Of a DNA stretch of 55,101 nucleotides, positions 26,102-35,388 are shown piece after piece. The stretch's first letter is position 1. The number at the start of each line of letters is the position of its first letter. Origin of the DNA: a virus. Lineage: Duplodnaviria > Caudoviricetes. Below the pieces are notes generated by a model. That model had not been told where the DNA came from and ran no database searches. It saw nothing but the letters and a program-made list of their open reading frames with translations. A program made the position numbers and the translations under genes. The DNA is taken from the IMG/VR virus record IMGVR_UViG_3300029448_000053, positions 1 to 55,101 of that record. The stretch is one strand, 5' to 3'.

Positions 26102-26533
26102 ATGGGCCAACAACCAAAACCCAAAACAGGAATGAATAATATGCGAGCAAAAAATGTAAGCGAAAACACAGCGAAGGAGGCATTTAGAATTGCCACCGGA
26201 TTTACCCCCGAACTACCAGCCGTCATCGAGTGGGCGAAACAATGCCTCACCGATTTTGAAATCGAACCGAATGCGGAGTGGCTCGACTTTGAGCGAGTCC
26301 TCGCAGACTATGCCGATACAGAAGCAGGTCGCAACTCATACTACCTCAACGCACTGATTGCCGCCGACGGTGGCATTTGGGTGTCATCTCGACTGGATGA
26401 TTACGGCTTCGGCCACAGCGACCCAAGCGGTGCATTACAGATGGATGAGGTGCTCACAGCCTTTGCCTATGAGGTAACATGTGAGTTGATTCTCGCATTT
26501 GTCAGTATGCTCGATGGGGAGGTGAAAGCATGA
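26102..26533 (+). CDS. Hypothetical acidic protein
   Basis: Follows the TATA-like motif at 26071; exact start uncertain. Confidence 0.55.
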   Translation: MGQQPKPKTGMNNMRAKNVSENTAKEAFRIATGFTPELPAVIEWAKQCLTDFEIEPNAEWLDFERVLADYADTEAGRNSYYLNALIAADGGIWVSSRLDDYGFGHSDPSGALQMDEVLTAFAYEVTCELILAFVSMLDGEVKA

Positions 26534-27444
26534 GTGCTACTCGAACCCAACAAAAAGTTGTCCGAGGTGGAGGCACTGTTGAACAATGGCAACTTATGCA
26601 AATCATAGCCGAAGCCCGTCGAGCAGTGAAGACATACACAGGTAGTAATGGCAAAGAATACCCGAACAACAAATACCGAACAATGATTCGAGATGGCAAA
26701 CAGCAAACAGTGCAATACACGAAGAAAGAAATGATGGGCATAGAATACTTGACTACGCTAATAGCACATCAAGGCCGCACCCATTACTCAATTGTAAGAA
26801 CTATAAAAGCACTGAGACACCCATCCGTTGAGGATTTGCTACGGCTTACATACGGCAATCAACCCGTTACAGTAGCCGTTACAGTGTATAACATTCACGA
26901 CGACAAGCATGTTAAGTTGTATCAACACTCCGATGGCCCACTACTCGACAAGGATGGCAACGAAACGAATTACCCTAAGCATGGACAATGGTTGAACTCA
27001 TGGAAAAACCGAGTAGTCTTGACGCCTAAGTGGGCTAAGGACTTTCGCAGTTGGATGGCTCGCAACAAGGTGCTCATGGACACCATCGAGGCCAAGTATG
27101 TGATTAAGCAAAACCATGAATCTCACATACGAGCAAAGTCAAGCCTCAGTCAAGCCGAGATGCACAGGGCGATGAGCATAAAGAAATTAGATGCGTTTGG
27201 CGCCAACTATGATGAATACTGCGAAAAGTGGGAGGCTGAGGAGGCGTGGCTCAAGGCCGCACCGAAGCACATGGGCGTCATTTACCGACGAAATATCAGT
27301 AATAACCCAATGAAGTATAAGTTATCACCGGATGCACAGATGAAACAATTAACCCGTAATTTGGATATGGCTACTAAGGAGGTTACACACTGGCAACAAC
27401 AGGTAGAATCACTGGCACAGATGTTCGGAGATGAGGAGGAGTGA
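26530..27444 (+). CDS. Hypothetical protein, 304 aa, coiled-coil C-terminus
   Basis: Long ORF; GGAGGTGA SD; ATGA overlap. Confidence 0.7.
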   Translation: MSATRTQQKVVRGGGTVEQWQLMQIIAEARRAVKTYTGSNGKEYPNNKYRTMIRDGKQQTVQYTKKEMMGIEYLTTLIAHQGRTHYSIVRTIKALRHPSVEDLLRLTYGNQPVTVAVTVYNIHDDKHVKLYQHSDGPLLDKDGNETNYPKHGQWLNSWKNRVVLTPKWAKDFRSWMARNKVLMDTIEAKYVIKQNHESHIRAKSSLSQAEMHRAMSIKKLDAFGANYDEYCEKWEAEEAWLKAAPKHMGVIYRRNISNNPMKYKLSPDAQMKQLTRNLDMATKEVTHWQQQVESLAQMFGDEEE

Positions 27445-27638
27445 GTAATCGGCCACACGACCAAATACGCACCATGATTGATGATGCCAATGCGCTCAAA
27501 GAAGTATGGTTTGAGAGGATGGCAAACGCTACCTCACGGAGTGAGCGAGCGGAGTCTATACGGAATTACAACGCCCTGCGTGGTGTCGTCAAGGCACTAC
27601 GTTGGGCATACTTCGGTGGAGATACACCACTGAATTGA
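27441..27638 (+). CDS. Hypothetical helical protein
   Basis: GTGA overlap; GVVKALRW motif. Confidence 0.6.
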   Translation: MSNRPHDQIRTMIDDANALKEVWFERMANATSRSERAESIRNYNALRGVVKALRWAYFGGDTPLN

Positions 27639-27664
27639 TATAGGAGTGGCCCCTAATGACAAAC

Positions 27665-27904
27665 ATGAACCCTTACAGAATACAGTTCATCAACGGCTAC
27701 ATCGAAGTCGAAGAACGCAAATCGCCCAACGGAACACCCGAAGCCAAGTGCACCCTGCACCCAATGGCACAGACTGCTATGCTCTTTCGAGAGGTAGTGG
27801 CATGGGCAAACGAAAACAATTACACCCACACCAAGTTGCTAATGCGGGGTGGCGACCCTTATGTCGTTGCATGGCAACAAATCTCTACGGAGGAATTAGA
27901 ATGA
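27665..27904 (+). CDS. Hypothetical protein
   Basis: Leaderless start ~30 nt after TTGATATA at 27635. Confidence 0.55.
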   Translation: MNPYRIQFINGYIEVEERKSPNGTPEAKCTLHPMAQTAMLFREVVAWANENNYTHTKLLMRGGDPYVVAWQQISTEELE

Positions 27905-28212
27905 AAAAATATAGTGAATACTTAAACGAGCAATATACCCCGCTTACACGGGATGAAGTAATGAAATTACAGAAGACAGTGAACAACTACTTGGGTCAAA
28001 TGGACCCGAACTGTGAGGCCCAAGACGAGTTACGGCGGATGACTGTTAATCTCAATGTGGCCTTAAGTGAGGTCGCATTCCTACGAGAACAATTGGCGGT
28101 TGCCTACCAATACATAGGGCGACGAGCACCCAACCCAGCACCGACCAAGTATCGTGAGGTCATGCACCATGCGACACGGATTCGGGGCGAGGAACGGGGG
28201 GTGAGCCAATGA
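27901..28212 (+). CDS. Hypothetical protein (MKKYSEY...)
   Basis: GGAGG SD and ATGA overlap; the track's longer 5' extension overlaps the previous gene. Confidence 0.6.
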   Translation: MKKYSEYLNEQYTPLTRDEVMKLQKTVNNYLGQMDPNCEAQDELRRMTVNLNVALSEVAFLREQLAVAYQYIGRRAPNPAPTKYREVMHHATRIRGEERGVSQ

Positions 28213-28943
28213 ACATATTCGCATTATCAACCGACCCCATAAGAGCGGCGCAAATGGTGTGCGACAGACACGCCAGTAAAATGTGCGTCGAGACTGCACA
28301 GATGATGGCTTCGGCCCTGCTTCGCAACGGATTCGAGTCGGAGGACATGCCGCTTACAAGTAAGGGCACACCTTACAAGGGTGGCTACAAGCACCATCCC
28401 TGCACAGTATGGGCTGGCGATAACTGGGCTAATTTTCTATGGCTCGCTCAACATGGGCTGGCACTATGTGATGAGTTCAAAATGCGATACGGCGAAGGGC
28501 GAGTAGAACATGCTTGTCGTAAGCCTATCAATAAAATGCTCAACATGGCCGTGAACCGTAAAGACACAGGCATATACTATCACATGCGAGGCATAACTAC
28601 TACTGGCCCCTTTGGGCATTTGTTAAATCAAGAATGGCCGAAGAAGACTGCCTTCGCTATGGCTATGCCCGACGAGTTCAAGCGTGATGATGGCAAAGAG
28701 GTGCTCGCATACCGAGAATACTACAAGTCAAAGGTGTTCAAGGATGGCTCCCGCCCTACATGGGCAAAGGGGCGAAGTGCACCCGAATGGTGGGAACTTA
28801 GAGTTGGATTTCAACGAATGATGGAGAACCTCACCGAAGGACTTGACGGACTCGTTGCGCAAACCGCCGAAGCGATAGACACGGCACGGGCACGGCGGGC
28901 TTTGGGTTACACATATGTTGGAGGTGATTGGGAAAATGAATAA
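28209..28943 (+). CDS. Pyrimidine-dimer DNA glycosylase (DenV/endonuclease V)-like family protein
   Basis: MNIF...DRHASKMCVETAQMM, HPCTVW, ALCDEFKMRYG...HAC, AMPDEFK, AYREYY motifs. Confidence 0.75.
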   Translation: MNIFALSTDPIRAAQMVCDRHASKMCVETAQMMASALLRNGFESEDMPLTSKGTPYKGGYKHHPCTVWAGDNWANFLWLAQHGLALCDEFKMRYGEGRVEHACRKPINKMLNMAVNRKDTGIYYHMRGITTTGPFGHLLNQEWPKKTAFAMAMPDEFKRDDGKEVLAYREYYKSKVFKDGSRPTWAKGRSAPEWWELRVGFQRMMENLTEGLDGLVAQTAEAIDTARARRALGYTYVGGDWENE

Positions 28944-29136
28944 TAATGCTGGATATGCCGAATACCACGAGATTACACAGGCTCTCACTACAACGACAGA
29001 CATAGCCCTCGATGCGATAAAAATTATCCGTATGCTTGGGCATGATGAACTCGCAAACACATTAACAAAGAGGCTATTGATAGCACAGAAAAATATATAT
29101 GGGGGCAACCCCCCAATACAAAATGGAGGCAACTGA
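28936..29136 (+). CDS. Hypothetical protein (MNNNAGYAEYHE...)
   Basis: GGAGGTGA SD. Confidence 0.55.
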   Translation: MNNNAGYAEYHEITQALTTTTDIALDAIKIIRMLGHDELANTLTKRLLIAQKNIYGGNPPIQNGGN

Positions 29137-29138
29137 AA

Positions 29139-29351
29139 ATGAATATAGAACTTTTAGAAGCGGCGAAGGACTTACTACGGTGGGTTTTGATTAAGAACGA
29201 AGGAACGCTACCACTACCCTTATTGGATGCACAGCATGTCATTATGGAGGAACAGCGAGAACAGGACCTTGAGGACCTGCGACATAGCGAGAGGGCGAGT
29301 TTTCACTCGAACCTCATGTATGTCCTATACGGAGATGAACCACATGAGTAA
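29139..29351 (+). CDS. Hypothetical protein
   Basis: GGAGG SD; TATA-like motif at 29092. Confidence 0.55.
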   Translation: MNIELLEAAKDLLRWVLIKNEGTLPLPLLDAQHVIMEEQREQDLEDLRHSERASFHSNLMYVLYGDEPHE

Positions 29352-29553
29352 TGCTGGATATGCCGAATACCACGAGACAACGGTGCACGCAGTCCTTGAC
29401 GAATACATGACGAAGGAGGCCGCAATAGAGGCACTCATGGAATACTTTCGCAAAGCGGATAAGCATGTCGTTATGGAGGAATTGGCCGAGTGGGTGTATG
29501 CCGACGAAGAATGTAGCATAGTAGACCTTCGGGGGTGGATTAAGTATGAATGA
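29344..29553 (+). CDS. Hypothetical acidic protein (MSNAGYAEYHE...)
   Basis: GGAG SD; shares a 29-nt 5' segment with the gene at 28936. Confidence 0.55.
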   Translation: MSNAGYAEYHETTVHAVLDEYMTKEAAIEALMEYFRKADKHVVMEELAEWVYADEECSIVDLRGWIKYE

Positions 29554-29713
29554 AGGCCGAAGAGTATGCAACAATCCATACTGCGAATCCACACCTAATT
29601 GGTTTGGCAACTTCGCACTGTGCACCAAGTGCCTGTATGAAGCGGCGAATGTGTTTGTTATGAACAAGTTGCTCGAAAAGACTCTTAGTGGACTCAAGGA
29701 GGGGAGTGAATGA
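29546..29713 (+). CDS. Small Zn-finger-like protein, 55 aa (CNNPYC...CTKC)
   Basis: Not in the track; fills the gap; GGTGG SD; ATGA-coupled to the next gene. Confidence 0.5.
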   Translation: MNEGRRVCNNPYCESTPNWFGNFALCTKCLYEAANVFVMNKLLEKTLSGLKEGSE

Positions 29714-29970
29714 TACCATACACAGAATACCTGCTCACGGTAGATGACATGAAAGTGAGCGACATGCTATGGACTGCGCCCGACAAAGAACCACAGGCGG
29801 TAGCGAAGTATGCCGCTAAAATGAAAAGACTCTCCGAGCATAACTTGAGGTTGATGAAAGCCGAGTATGTGCGAAAGAAGACTCAATATCAACGTCAAGT
29901 GAAGAATGCTACCTACTGGGGCATGGCTTTAGATTTGGCTAAAGAAGACTTGAAGGGGGGCTTACAATGA
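29710..29970 (+). CDS. Hypothetical protein
   Basis: ATGA overlaps on both sides. Confidence 0.6.
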   Translation: MIPYTEYLLTVDDMKVSDMLWTAPDKEPQAVAKYAAKMKRLSEHNLRLMKAEYVRKKTQYQRQVKNATYWGMALDLAKEDLKGGLQ

Positions 29971-30239
29971 TTGGTGCATACACCGACAGGAAAAATAGAC
30001 GCTCAACATTTGCCATAGGTATGTGCGAAACATGCGGGATTGGTGGAAAAATACAGGGTAGCGTTGTCAAAGACTCCAAAGAAAAGGCAATGTTTATACT
30101 TAGTCGAGCAGTGCCTTTATTGTTCGAGAAACAGGATATAACGGGTCGTCGGTATGACCGACTTTGCGGCCCCTGTATCGAGCGCATCGAGTTAATCGAA
30201 GCGAAGCGAGCAGGTGAAAAAGAGGTGCCTAATCAATAA
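29967..30239 (+). CDS. Zn-finger-like hypothetical protein
   Basis: CETC...CGPC. Confidence 0.6.
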   Translation: MIGAYTDRKNRRSTFAIGMCETCGIGGKIQGSVVKDSKEKAMFILSRAVPLLFEKQDITGRRYDRLCGPCIERIELIEAKRAGEKEVPNQ

Positions 30240-30241
30240 GG

Positions 30242-30254
30242 CTATATAGTGGCG
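30242..30254 (+). promoter_or_regulatory. Conserved promoter motif TATATAGTGGCG
   Basis: Same motif at 37059, 37998 and 44112; variants at 31701, 41857 and 45633. Confidence 0.7.
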
Positions 30255-30271
30255 TGAACAAAGAGTAAATT

Positions 30272-30392
30272 ACAACACGGGGTGGGCTTCGGCCCTCATC
30301 AACCCACGTAATGTGGCGTTGCCTCCGTTTTAGTTGCTCTTGGTTTCTCCTGTAATGGTCGAACCCACCCCACCTTGAGCAACACGGAGATG
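30272..30392 (+). promoter_or_regulatory. Structured 5' leader or small RNA
   Basis: GGGGTGGG/CCCACCCC, GGGC-TTCG-GCCC and CTCCGT..GTTGCTC/GAGCAAC-ACGGAG complementarities. Confidence 0.5.
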
Positions 30393-30398
30393 AATAAT

Positions 30399-30686
30399 AT
30401 GAGTAATACATACATTTTAGCGGATAGCGTAGCCCGACTACTGATAGCAAACCCCGAAGGCTTGTCATCATATGAGATTTTTAATCACTTGGCCGACAGC
30501 GACCTTAACAGGCGTTGGTTGCCCACTCGCAATTCTATCGGCCCAAAGTTAAGGGCCATCGGCGGTCTTGAAAAGGCCGGTAAAAGCACAGCATATACAA
30601 CCATTAGCACTCGAAGCGTGGTTGTATGGAAAATAAACATGGAGGATTATATCAAATGGAGGGGTGCGGATGTTATCGGTAATTGA
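30399..30686 (+). CDS. Putative winged-helix DNA-binding protein
   Basis: GLSSYEIFNHL...PTRNSIGPKL...VVWKI pattern. Confidence 0.55.
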   Translation: MSNTYILADSVARLLIANPEGLSSYEIFNHLADSDLNRRWLPTRNSIGPKLRAIGGLEKAGKSTAYTTISTRSVVVWKINMEDYIKWRGADVIGN

Positions 30687-31440
30687 TTTGAAGTCAATTC
30701 GGTATGAGCGAACATACCCCTACACCCGCAATAGGCAGGGGCGTATGATACAAGAGCCATACTTCACACTCAATGATGGAGGGGAAACCTTTCATTTACA
30801 TGGGCGATTAGTAATGTGGTCGTTTCTCGACTCACTATATCCCAAGCAACCTCTACCAAGAGGGCCTGTGGAGGATGATATATTCGCACCGGACATAACT
30901 ACCCCGTCAATGCTCGCATTGTTTCAAGACTTTGCTAATGAAGCGGTTAATTACAATCGCTATCTAATTCTTGAGCACGACAAGAAGAATACGGTTTCTT
31001 TAGTTCGGAACCTCGACCAGTATGCACTATCAAGTGAAATTGAAAAGGTGGGTCGGATGCTTGAGAACTCCGGTTTCGGGGTGGAGTATAGACCAAGCGT
31101 GTATATTGACTCTAAAGGCTCGCATCTAAGGGCCTCATTATTCTCACGTATAGGCACACACACGCTTAGAGTCATAGACATAGGCTCGTCTTACTACATG
31201 AGCATTAGTGCTCTCGATACATCCGGCAAAAAATACTGCGTTATGCCACCACTGACCTGTAAAAAGACAAGTCTAAGCATACAAAGCAAATTAAGAGACA
31301 TGATGGATGTCGCCTCGGTAGGAGTATCGAAGGAACAACTGTGGCAAATGGGTAAAACGCCCGAAGTAAATGAGTCGCCATATCTAATGACTCGTGAATT
31401 AGATACATTACTGCACGATAGATTGCGGAGGTGCATATAA
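30664..31440 (+). CDS. Hypothetical protein, ~256 aa
   Basis: Long ORF continuing the operon; start possibly 30670. Confidence 0.65.
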   Translation: MRMLSVIDLKSIRYERTYPYTRNRQGRMIQEPYFTLNDGGETFHLHGRLVMWSFLDSLYPKQPLPRGPVEDDIFAPDITTPSMLALFQDFANEAVNYNRYLILEHDKKNTVSLVRNLDQYALSSEIEKVGRMLENSGFGVEYRPSVYIDSKGSHLRASLFSRIGTHTLRVIDIGSSYYMSISALDTSGKKYCVMPPLTCKKTSLSIQSKLRDMMDVASVGVSKEQLWQMGKTPEVNESPYLMTRELDTLLHDRLRRCI

Positions 31441-31700
31441 GCGTTTTGGAATTAAGTTGTAATAATTTTTTTTGAGCAACTTAAAAGAACCAGCATACTG
31501 CACCTCTATTGCTCTAATTAAGTTATTACGTTAAAGACATTTATTTTAATATGGTCTATACTATACTATTACTATACTATACTATAACCTTTTTATTGAA
31601 TATCCTTTATACGAATTAACTTAATACATGCGAATCGGGGAGCAGTGTCTTGGTTTAATTTAGTTTATTGAATTGAAGTAACCAACTTAATTAGGGAACA
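31441..31700. other. Candidate replication origin
   Basis: Very AT-rich intergenic gap with CTATA tandem repeats, flanked by imperfect inverted repeats, directly upstream of the helicase operon. Confidence 0.55.
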
Positions 31701-31729
31701 CTTAAGTAGTGAAGAAGGATTGATGAAGA

Positions 31730-32566
31730 ATGATGATGAAGAAACATAACACCATAGACATATACCAACGAGAAGAGTGGCCGGATGCTCTACGAGGAGT
31801 GCTCATATACTCCGAGAATGAATACGGTTGCGCTTCGCACATAGCCATTAAATCACTATTGGGTGATACTGAACCTTCGGGTCGTATTCTCACCCACTTA
31901 ATCAATCAAATGGTTTTCAATCAAACAAAGGACTATGAGCAGGTAGGCTGGGCATATTACTTTTACGAAGACATACTGATTGTTAATATCAACAAGTGGC
32001 CCCAAACACCTATCATGCCCTTAGATGAAGCACAGGCAACATGGATTCACTGCTACCCACCTGTTCGAGACCTTCTCTCATTCCTCTACGAAAAGTATGG
32101 GTCTATGGGTTGGTTATCATATATGACATCAACAACTCTACATGACTCTTTGAATACAGATATTTTTAGAATACATGACCCAAAGGAAACGATTGCCTTT
32201 TGGCATTCCTCACAGAAAATGATACCTTTGCCAGCCACCGGAAAAAAAGTAAAGGGTGATTTGTTCTTTACCCCTCCCGCGTGGATGTTTCCTCACTTTG
32301 CGAATGCTATGGGCTTCACCAATTGCTTGACTCTTTTCAGTGGGCATGACCCCGAATCGGGAGACATTGACGAGGTAGCGGCTCTCACTCTTTTCCGATG
32401 GGCAAACCAAGTATCGGGTAATAAACAAACAAAGCACGCATTCAATCGTGCCCTCAAAAAGACGAAGGCTCAAGTGGCCGAAACACTAAGCCTAAGAAAA
32501 GACCTTGAAGCACTACTCGAAAGTGCCGAACAAAAAACAGAAGCACCGAATGTGCTATGGGGATGA
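31730..32566 (+). CDS. Hypothetical protein, possibly PAC2/proteasome-chaperone-like
   Basis: 278 aa; late IDEVAALTL helix, coiled-coil tail and C-terminal VLWG; weak resemblance only. Confidence 0.4.
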   Translation: MMMKKHNTIDIYQREEWPDALRGVLIYSENEYGCASHIAIKSLLGDTEPSGRILTHLINQMVFNQTKDYEQVGWAYYFYEDILIVNINKWPQTPIMPLDEAQATWIHCYPPVRDLLSFLYEKYGSMGWLSYMTSTTLHDSLNTDIFRIHDPKETIAFWHSSQKMIPLPATGKKVKGDLFFTPPAWMFPHFANAMGFTNCLTLFSGHDPESGDIDEVAALTLFRWANQVSGNKQTKHAFNRALKKTKAQVAETLSLRKDLEALLESAEQKTEAPNVLWG

Positions 32567-32570
32567 TTAC

Positions 32571-33887
32571 ATGAATGTATTTGATGCTATGGCCGAGTAT
32601 GTGAACCGCAACCACTATGTTGATGTCGAAGACAAGGTTCCAGTATTCCTGTGTTCCATTGGCACTCACATATTCAACGGACTTAACAAGTGCGGCACCT
32701 GCCCTTTCATTCCTTTCGAGGACAACGAAGGGTTTGAGATTGAATCCTGTATTCTACGACACGACAAAGACCCAATCTATACACCTATGTCTCACGTCGC
32801 TGACACGAGACTTCACATACTGATGCGGGGTATGAAAGGGTCGGGTAAATCCGTGCTCATACAGTTGTTCCTAAGCCCCAAAACAGGGCTACTCTCGAAT
32901 GTGGCTAATGCTGAAATCGGCATGGGCTTTAGAACTGACATCGGACCGAACTCAATTACCGAAGCAGGTATGTTTGGTTCCGTTGACGAAGAAGGTAATA
33001 TCATGGGCCGACCACTCGCTCGTGAAATGTGCGGAGGGTTCCTCGGTTTCGAGGAGTTCTCCTCTATCACTGATGCTGGAAAAAAGGAACACAGCACCGA
33101 CATTAAGAATCAATTACTCACTTCTACCGATAACGGCAGAGTCAAGAAGGTTATGCGTGCTGGATGGGTAGAATACACTACTCGATATACGTTATGGGCT
33201 GGCACTCAACCTGCTCGATTCGAGATGGAGTCCGGTCTTGACCGACGATTCTTCATCATTGACATTGAAATGAACCCCGAAAAGGAACGGTTATTCAAGG
33301 TCGCACAGGCCAAACAAGCGAGCATGACTCCGAGTGAGCGTGCGGAACTCATCGGCATGGCCGATAAACTACGCAACTTCTTTACCGACCGAGCGTTGGA
33401 TGTCATTATGAATCCACCCACAGGTCTACGCTTCGATGACGAGTTCAATGAGTGGTTGTTCCGGCCCGAAGTGCGTAGCCATGAGGCCGACCTGTTTCGA
33501 CGCTTGGCTCTCGGCTACTCTATCATGTCTCCCGAATACAAAGGTGGGGGCATACTACACATCAAAATGACAGACCAATTACGCTCCATCCTCGACCGTT
33601 GCTTAGATATGCGACGAACTGTTATGGATTCCGACCTGCGCCTCATCAAGACGGCGTTTTGGAACCAAGCCATGTCTCGCTCCAACCTCATTAAAGAGGT
33701 AGCACGGATGATTACGAATGGTGATTATCAATCCGCTAAACGATGGATTGAGGACAACCTACATATACAGGCGTGGTATAATGAAGAAAGGCCGAAGGGC
33801 GGAGGTAGAGGCCGTAAGGGAGTGTCGTGTTATATCGGCTACCCCCAAGCCTCCTACGAAGCAGTTGAAGCAAAACAGGTGAAATAA
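32571..33887 (+). CDS. MCM-like AAA+ replicative helicase (short)
   Basis: LHILMRGMKGSGKS Walker A, SITEAGM, GGFLGFEEF Walker B, WAGTQP sensor 1, LDRRF Arg finger. Confidence 0.75.
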   Translation: MNVFDAMAEYVNRNHYVDVEDKVPVFLCSIGTHIFNGLNKCGTCPFIPFEDNEGFEIESCILRHDKDPIYTPMSHVADTRLHILMRGMKGSGKSVLIQLFLSPKTGLLSNVANAEIGMGFRTDIGPNSITEAGMFGSVDEEGNIMGRPLAREMCGGFLGFEEFSSITDAGKKEHSTDIKNQLLTSTDNGRVKKVMRAGWVEYTTRYTLWAGTQPARFEMESGLDRRFFIIDIEMNPEKERLFKVAQAKQASMTPSERAELIGMADKLRNFFTDRALDVIMNPPTGLRFDDEFNEWLFRPEVRSHEADLFRRLALGYSIMSPEYKGGGILHIKMTDQLRSILDRCLDMRRTVMDSDLRLIKTAFWNQAMSRSNLIKEVARMITNGDYQSAKRWIEDNLHIQAWYNEERPKGGGRGRKGVSCYIGYPQASYEAVEAKQVK

Positions 33888-33888
33888 A

Positions 33889-34170
33889 ATGAAAATAAAT
33901 AAAGGTAAAAAGCGATTCCTTCAAGACGCAGTAGAATACATCAAGGCAAACGGACCGTCTACTGCCGAACAACTACATGATGGTTGTCGATATACAGTAA
34001 CAGGTAAATTACTTAGAGATAGTCCTTCGAGACCACAGGTGCAACAAATACTCGCCCGAAGTAAATTATTTAAGTCCGACTACACAGAAGTTGCTTATCC
34101 ATACTCAAAGGACAATCCTCGATACACTACTTATCCGGTAAAGCAATACTCTTTGGTAGGTGAGGAGTAA
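33889..34170 (+). CDS. Putative winged-helix protein
   Basis: GPSTAEQL...PSRPQVQQIL pattern; GGTGA SD. Confidence 0.5.
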   Translation: MKINKGKKRFLQDAVEYIKANGPSTAEQLHDGCRYTVTGKLLRDSPSRPQVQQILARSKLFKSDYTEVAYPYSKDNPRYTTYPVKQYSLVGEE

Positions 34171-34439
34171 TGGCGAGATACACTCAATGGTGCGACCGAG
34201 CACGAGAACAGATACTACGCAACGGCGAGATGACATCCCGCACACTTATGTATAACATAGCACAGTCGGGATTCAGCCAAAAGCGCAGTCCTACAAGCGT
34301 GCGCTCGGCATCTCAAGCCCTACTCCGAGACAACAGGTTCACATCACACGAACCCGATATAGGTGAATATCAATTCGGTGATGGCGAAGTGGCGAGAGGT
34401 TATCATTACAAAATAAAGTTATGGAGTGTGATACGATGA
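34170..34439 (+). CDS. Putative winged-helix protein
   Basis: GEMTSRTL...PTSVRSASQAL...KLW pattern. Confidence 0.5.
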   Translation: MARYTQWCDRAREQILRNGEMTSRTLMYNIAQSGFSQKRSPTSVRSASQALLRDNRFTSHEPDIGEYQFGDGEVARGYHYKIKLWSVIR

Positions 34440-35086
34440 AGACCCGACGACAAATCCAAGACCGCATAGATTATTTGCTTACGAACATACCTAATACCAA
34501 TGCTCACGCTCACGCCGAAGCACTAAGTTGGGTAATTGAAGACAACAACTGTGCTGTATGTCAATTGGCAAACAAGCGTGATGTCGAAGTAAAAATCCAC
34601 AGGGGTGAGATGACAAGCACATTCCTTGAATCAAAGTATTCATGGCCTGTTGGCACAGTGATGACTCACATGGATGAGCACCTGCAATACGACCCCAACG
34701 AAGCATCACACATCGAACAAATGCGTGATGAGTCTATAAGCACACTCAATGTTGCCGAGAACCTCGTGCAACGCCTTGTCTCATGGCTCGATGAATTGGA
34801 ACAACGTAAGGTTACAGAAGGCTTGACATCCGAATGGATTGGGGATGCAACGAAGTTATTATCTCAAGGTCAAGGGTTTTTGAAATTAGTAGGTCAACTC
34901 AAGAGTGAGATTGGCATTGACTCCCAATTACTATTGGCCGACCGAAAGGTAGATGCTATGATGGGTATTCTTGTTGAGGTTCTACGCAACGAGCCTCTTT
35001 ATCTCGACCAAATACAATTACGACTCGCAACCATACAAGCCCCGACTGTATCATATGATGATGCCGAGTTCGAGGTGATTGAATGA
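34436..35086 (+). CDS. Zn/HTH plus coiled-coil protein (terminase small subunit-like architecture possible)
   Basis: CAVC...HMDEH followed by long helices; ATGA overlap. Confidence 0.4.
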   Translation: MKTRRQIQDRIDYLLTNIPNTNAHAHAEALSWVIEDNNCAVCQLANKRDVEVKIHRGEMTSTFLESKYSWPVGTVMTHMDEHLQYDPNEASHIEQMRDESISTLNVAENLVQRLVSWLDELEQRKVTEGLTSEWIGDATKLLSQGQGFLKLVGQLKSEIGIDSQLLLADRKVDAMMGILVEVLRNEPLYLDQIQLRLATIQAPTVSYDDAEFEVIE

Positions 35087-35123
35087 AGCGTGAATGGGAT
35101 TGGATGCTGGATGGTGAAGAGGA

Positions 35124-35387
35124 ATGAGTATTAAATCATGGCGAAGTAAAAGTGCAACCATGCTATTTACCCGACCTATTTACGAGCGTGAGTTTCCCGC
35201 TCTCGCCCAAGCCATGTCCGATGATGGTTTAAGCATTCGCTTAGTGAATAAAGGTAATGGTTATGAGTTGTATGTTGCAGACTACCAAGTCCCGCTAAAG
35301 TCTGTGCGCGAAGTGTGGGGCCTATCGCCCCACCAAATGCGCCGATTTTTAGATTGGGCCTTGACAAATGATACGGAGTTGATGTGA
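35124..35387 (+). CDS. Hypothetical protein
   Basis: 87-aa ORF in the operon. Confidence 0.6.
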   Translation: MSIKSWRSKSATMLFTRPIYEREFPALAQAMSDDGLSIRLVNKGNGYELYVADYQVPLKSVREVWGLSPHQMRRFLDWALTNDTELM

Positions 35388-35388
35388 T

